A stretch of 13,866 nucleotides of DNA from an uncultured Thermoleophilia bacterium (lineage in GTDB: Bacteria; Actinomycetota; Thermoleophilia; UBA2241): contig CAZFJE010000074.1 of NCBI GenBank assembly GCA_964519555.1, positions 1 to 13,866 of the forward strand, in the 5' to 3' direction. Shown piece by piece: positions 12,424 through 13,866 of the stretch. Within the stretch, counting starts at the first letter, position 1, and every line of letters starts with the position of its first letter. The notes under the pieces were generated by a model that saw only the letters and a program-made list of their open reading frames with translations, was not told the DNA's origin and did not search any database. The translations under genes and the position numbers were made by a program.

Positions 12424-13566
12424 CTAGGGTCGAGTGGCGGGAATGGTGACGCCGCTATCTCCCACCGCCCACCCGTGGTTGACATCCGCGAAGGCCACTG
12501 CCTCGGGTTCGTTTGTGCCTGTACTTTGGAGGGTCCAATGGGTGCCACGGTCGCTACTTGAAAGGATGACGCCGCCGGTGGTGTTGTCAGCGCCCACGGC
12601 CCATCCATGCGAGCTATCGGCGAAAGAGACACTGTAAAGCTGGGCAGTCGTACCTGAGCTCTGCACATTCCAGGTAGCGCCGCCGTCGGTGGTGCCAAAT
12701 ATGGTTCCGTTGTCGCCCACTGCCCAGCCGTGCGAAGCATCAGCGAAAGAGACACCACGGAGCGTGCTTGCGGTACCCAAGTCTTTCGCGTCCGGGCCGA
12801 AGCCATGCTGCACGTTCCAGGTAGCGCCGCCGTCGGCGGTGGCAAGTATGGTGCCGTTGTCGCCCACCGCCCAGCCGTGCGAAGCGTCGGAGCAGGTGAC
12901 GGCGTTAAGGCCCGGAGTCGTGCCCGGGTCCTGGGCGCCCCAAGTGGCGCCGCCGTCGGTGGTTCCCAAGATGACGCTCGAGCGTGTCGAGGGGTCCACG
13001 CCCACCGCCCAACCGTGAGACGGATCGGCAAAGGAAATACCGCTGAGGAAACTCGTCGTGCCCGGGTCCTGGGCGCTCCAAGTTACACCACCGTCGGTGG
13101 TTACCAAGATGACGCTCGCACCCGTCGTCGAAGTGTCATCGCCCACCGCCCAGCCGTGCGAGCGATCGACGAACCAGACACCAAAAAGCTGAGCTGTCGT
13201 ACCCGAATTTTGCGCCCCCCAGGTAGTGCCGCCGTCGGTGGTGGCAAGGATTGTGCCACCGTCACCCACTGCCCAGCCGTGAGAAGCATCGCCGAAGCAG
13301 ACACCATGAAGCGTTTGGGTAGTCGGGTGGGCAACGCGATAATGATGCGAATGTCCCATGCCAAACACGAGCGCACACGCGATGGCAGCAAGTACGACGA
13401 CAACGACACCAATGAGGATGGCGCGGTGTCGTCTTCGGGTGGGGCGGGCTTCGCTGGCCTGAGGCTCGCCGGGCACAGCGGACGGTGTTGCAATCGCGGC
13501 GCCACATTTAGCGCAGAATTGGTCGCTTTCCACCGTGAGGTTGCCACACTGTCTGCAAAATGGCAC
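12424..13566 (-). CDS. Zinc-ribbon / single-pass membrane protein with a seven-bladed beta-propeller ectodomain (BNR/Ycf48-like repeats)
   Basis: GTG 13566 (VPFCRQCG...DQFCAKCG) aligns codon-for-codon with ATG 181 of the left paralogue. The TM helix is AILIGVVVVVLAAIACALVFGMG. Seven repeats of D.SHGWAVG....I..TTDGG.TW..Q follow. The listed ORF extension up to 13806 is Arg/Gly-rich and lies in the conserved non-coding block. Confidence 0.85.
   Translation of the reverse strand: MPFCRQCGNLTVESDQFCAKCGAAIATPSAVPGEPQASEARPTRRRHRAILIGVVVVVLAAIACALVFGMGHSHHYRVAHPTTQTLHGVCFGDASHGWAVGDGGTILATTDGGTTWGAQNSGTTAQLFGVWFVDRSHGWAVGDDTSTTGASVILVTTDGGVTWSAQDPGTTSFLSGISFADPSHGWAVGVDPSTRSSVILGTTDGGATWGAQDPGTTPGLNAVTCSDASHGWAVGDNGTILATADGGATWNVQHGFGPDAKDLGTASTLRGVSFADASHGWAVGDNGTIFGTTDGGATWNVQSSGTTAQLYSVSFADSSHGWAVGADNTTGGVILSSSDRGTHWTLQSTGTNEPEAVAFADVNHGWAVGDSGVTIPATRP
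12427..13314 (-). repeat. Intragenic tandem repeats (7 propeller blades, about 40-49 codons each)
   Basis: The SHGWAVG / NHGWAVG motif occurs seven times. The blade copies starting at 12670 and 12817 (147 nt apart) share 64/69 nt over the first 69 nt in my hand alignment. Confidence 0.8.
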
Positions 13567-13741
13567 GCAACGCCTCCGACGCAGGGTTAGTACAACATAC
13601 TGTCGGCTTCGTCCCGCTCGCGCTTGAGCCTCAAAGAGCGGCGTTCCTCTTCGCAGCGAGGCAAGAAACACCCCTTCGGCGCGTCTCCGCCGCCCACGGT
13701 GACGGTGGGGGGTGACGTTGTCCCGACGGCCGGACGCCGAG
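13344..13741. repeat. Right arm of the long imperfect inverted repeat (partner 1-395)
   Basis: See the left arm. The inner limit is where ...tgtgcgctcgtgtttggcatgggacattcgcatc stops matching 361-394. The outer limit is set only by the left window edge, so the true arm may be longer. Confidence 0.85.
13601..13664 (-). promoter_or_regulatory. Right copy of the conserved upstream block (candidate promoter/operator)
   Basis: 62/64 identical to the reverse complement of 81-144. 13601-13644 is a perfect 44-nt match. The block lies -35 to -98 from GTG 13566. The same nested palindrome maps to 13614-13641. Confidence 0.4.
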
Positions 13742-13866
13742 CCCCCGATCCGTCGGCACCCGTTGCACCCGCTCCATCCTGTCTGTGCCTGAGCCCCCGA
13801 ACCCAACCCCCGCAGCCCCGCCCGTACGCGGGCTCCCGGCCCTCGTGCGACGACCGTAGGGCAAGG

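Noticed and set aside
13567-13806. N-terminal 80-codon extension of the propeller gene ORF (listed as 12424-13806)
   Set aside because: The extension is Arg/Gly-rich and runs through the conserved non-coding block. The paralogue at 181 starts exactly at the homologous MPFC codon, so GTG 13566 is the supported start.
1-13866. A CRISPR array or cas2 accompanying the Cas1 gene
   Set aside because: I found no short direct repeats at regular 60-75 bp spacing on either strand, and no small Cas2-like ORF. The only tandem periodicity is the protein-coding propeller repeat at 12427-13314.

Overview
This is a 13.9-kb high-GC bacterial accessory region. I found no rRNA, tRNA or CRISPR array. The centre carries a casposon-like (self-synthesizing element) gene set. 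A stand-alone Cas1 homologue (2602-4155, minus) and an 1100-aa family B DNA polymerase (8134-11436, plus) sit in two divergent gene strings that leave a 94-bp control region (5388-5480). The same strings hold an HNH nuclease, a ParB-domain::beta-class DNA methyltransferase fusion and two HTH-containing proteins of unknown function. The window has no cas2, no repeat-spacer array and no other integrase or transposase, so Cas1 is the only candidate integrase. Cas1 and PolB both end in a related zinc-ribbon + HTH module. Downstream of cas1 and in the same orientation lie an internally deleted DNA methyltransferase remnant and a TIR-like (Cap12/PycTIR-type) putative NADase effector, whose N-terminal domain is AT-rich and unrecognisable. 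The whole block is bracketed by a long imperfect inverted repeat (1-395 vs 13344-13741; the left arm is cut by the window edge). The arms consist of the upstream regions and N-terminal zinc-ribbon/TM modules of two inward-facing paralogous membrane-protein genes. They share a 44-bp perfectly conserved non-coding core that contains a palindrome. Between PolB and the right arm lie a third zinc-ribbon membrane protein (SHOCT C-terminus) and a possible pentapeptide-repeat gene fragment. I could not pin down element termini (TIR/TSD) by eye. All functional calls rest on motif recognition in the supplied translations and on hand alignment, not on database searches.
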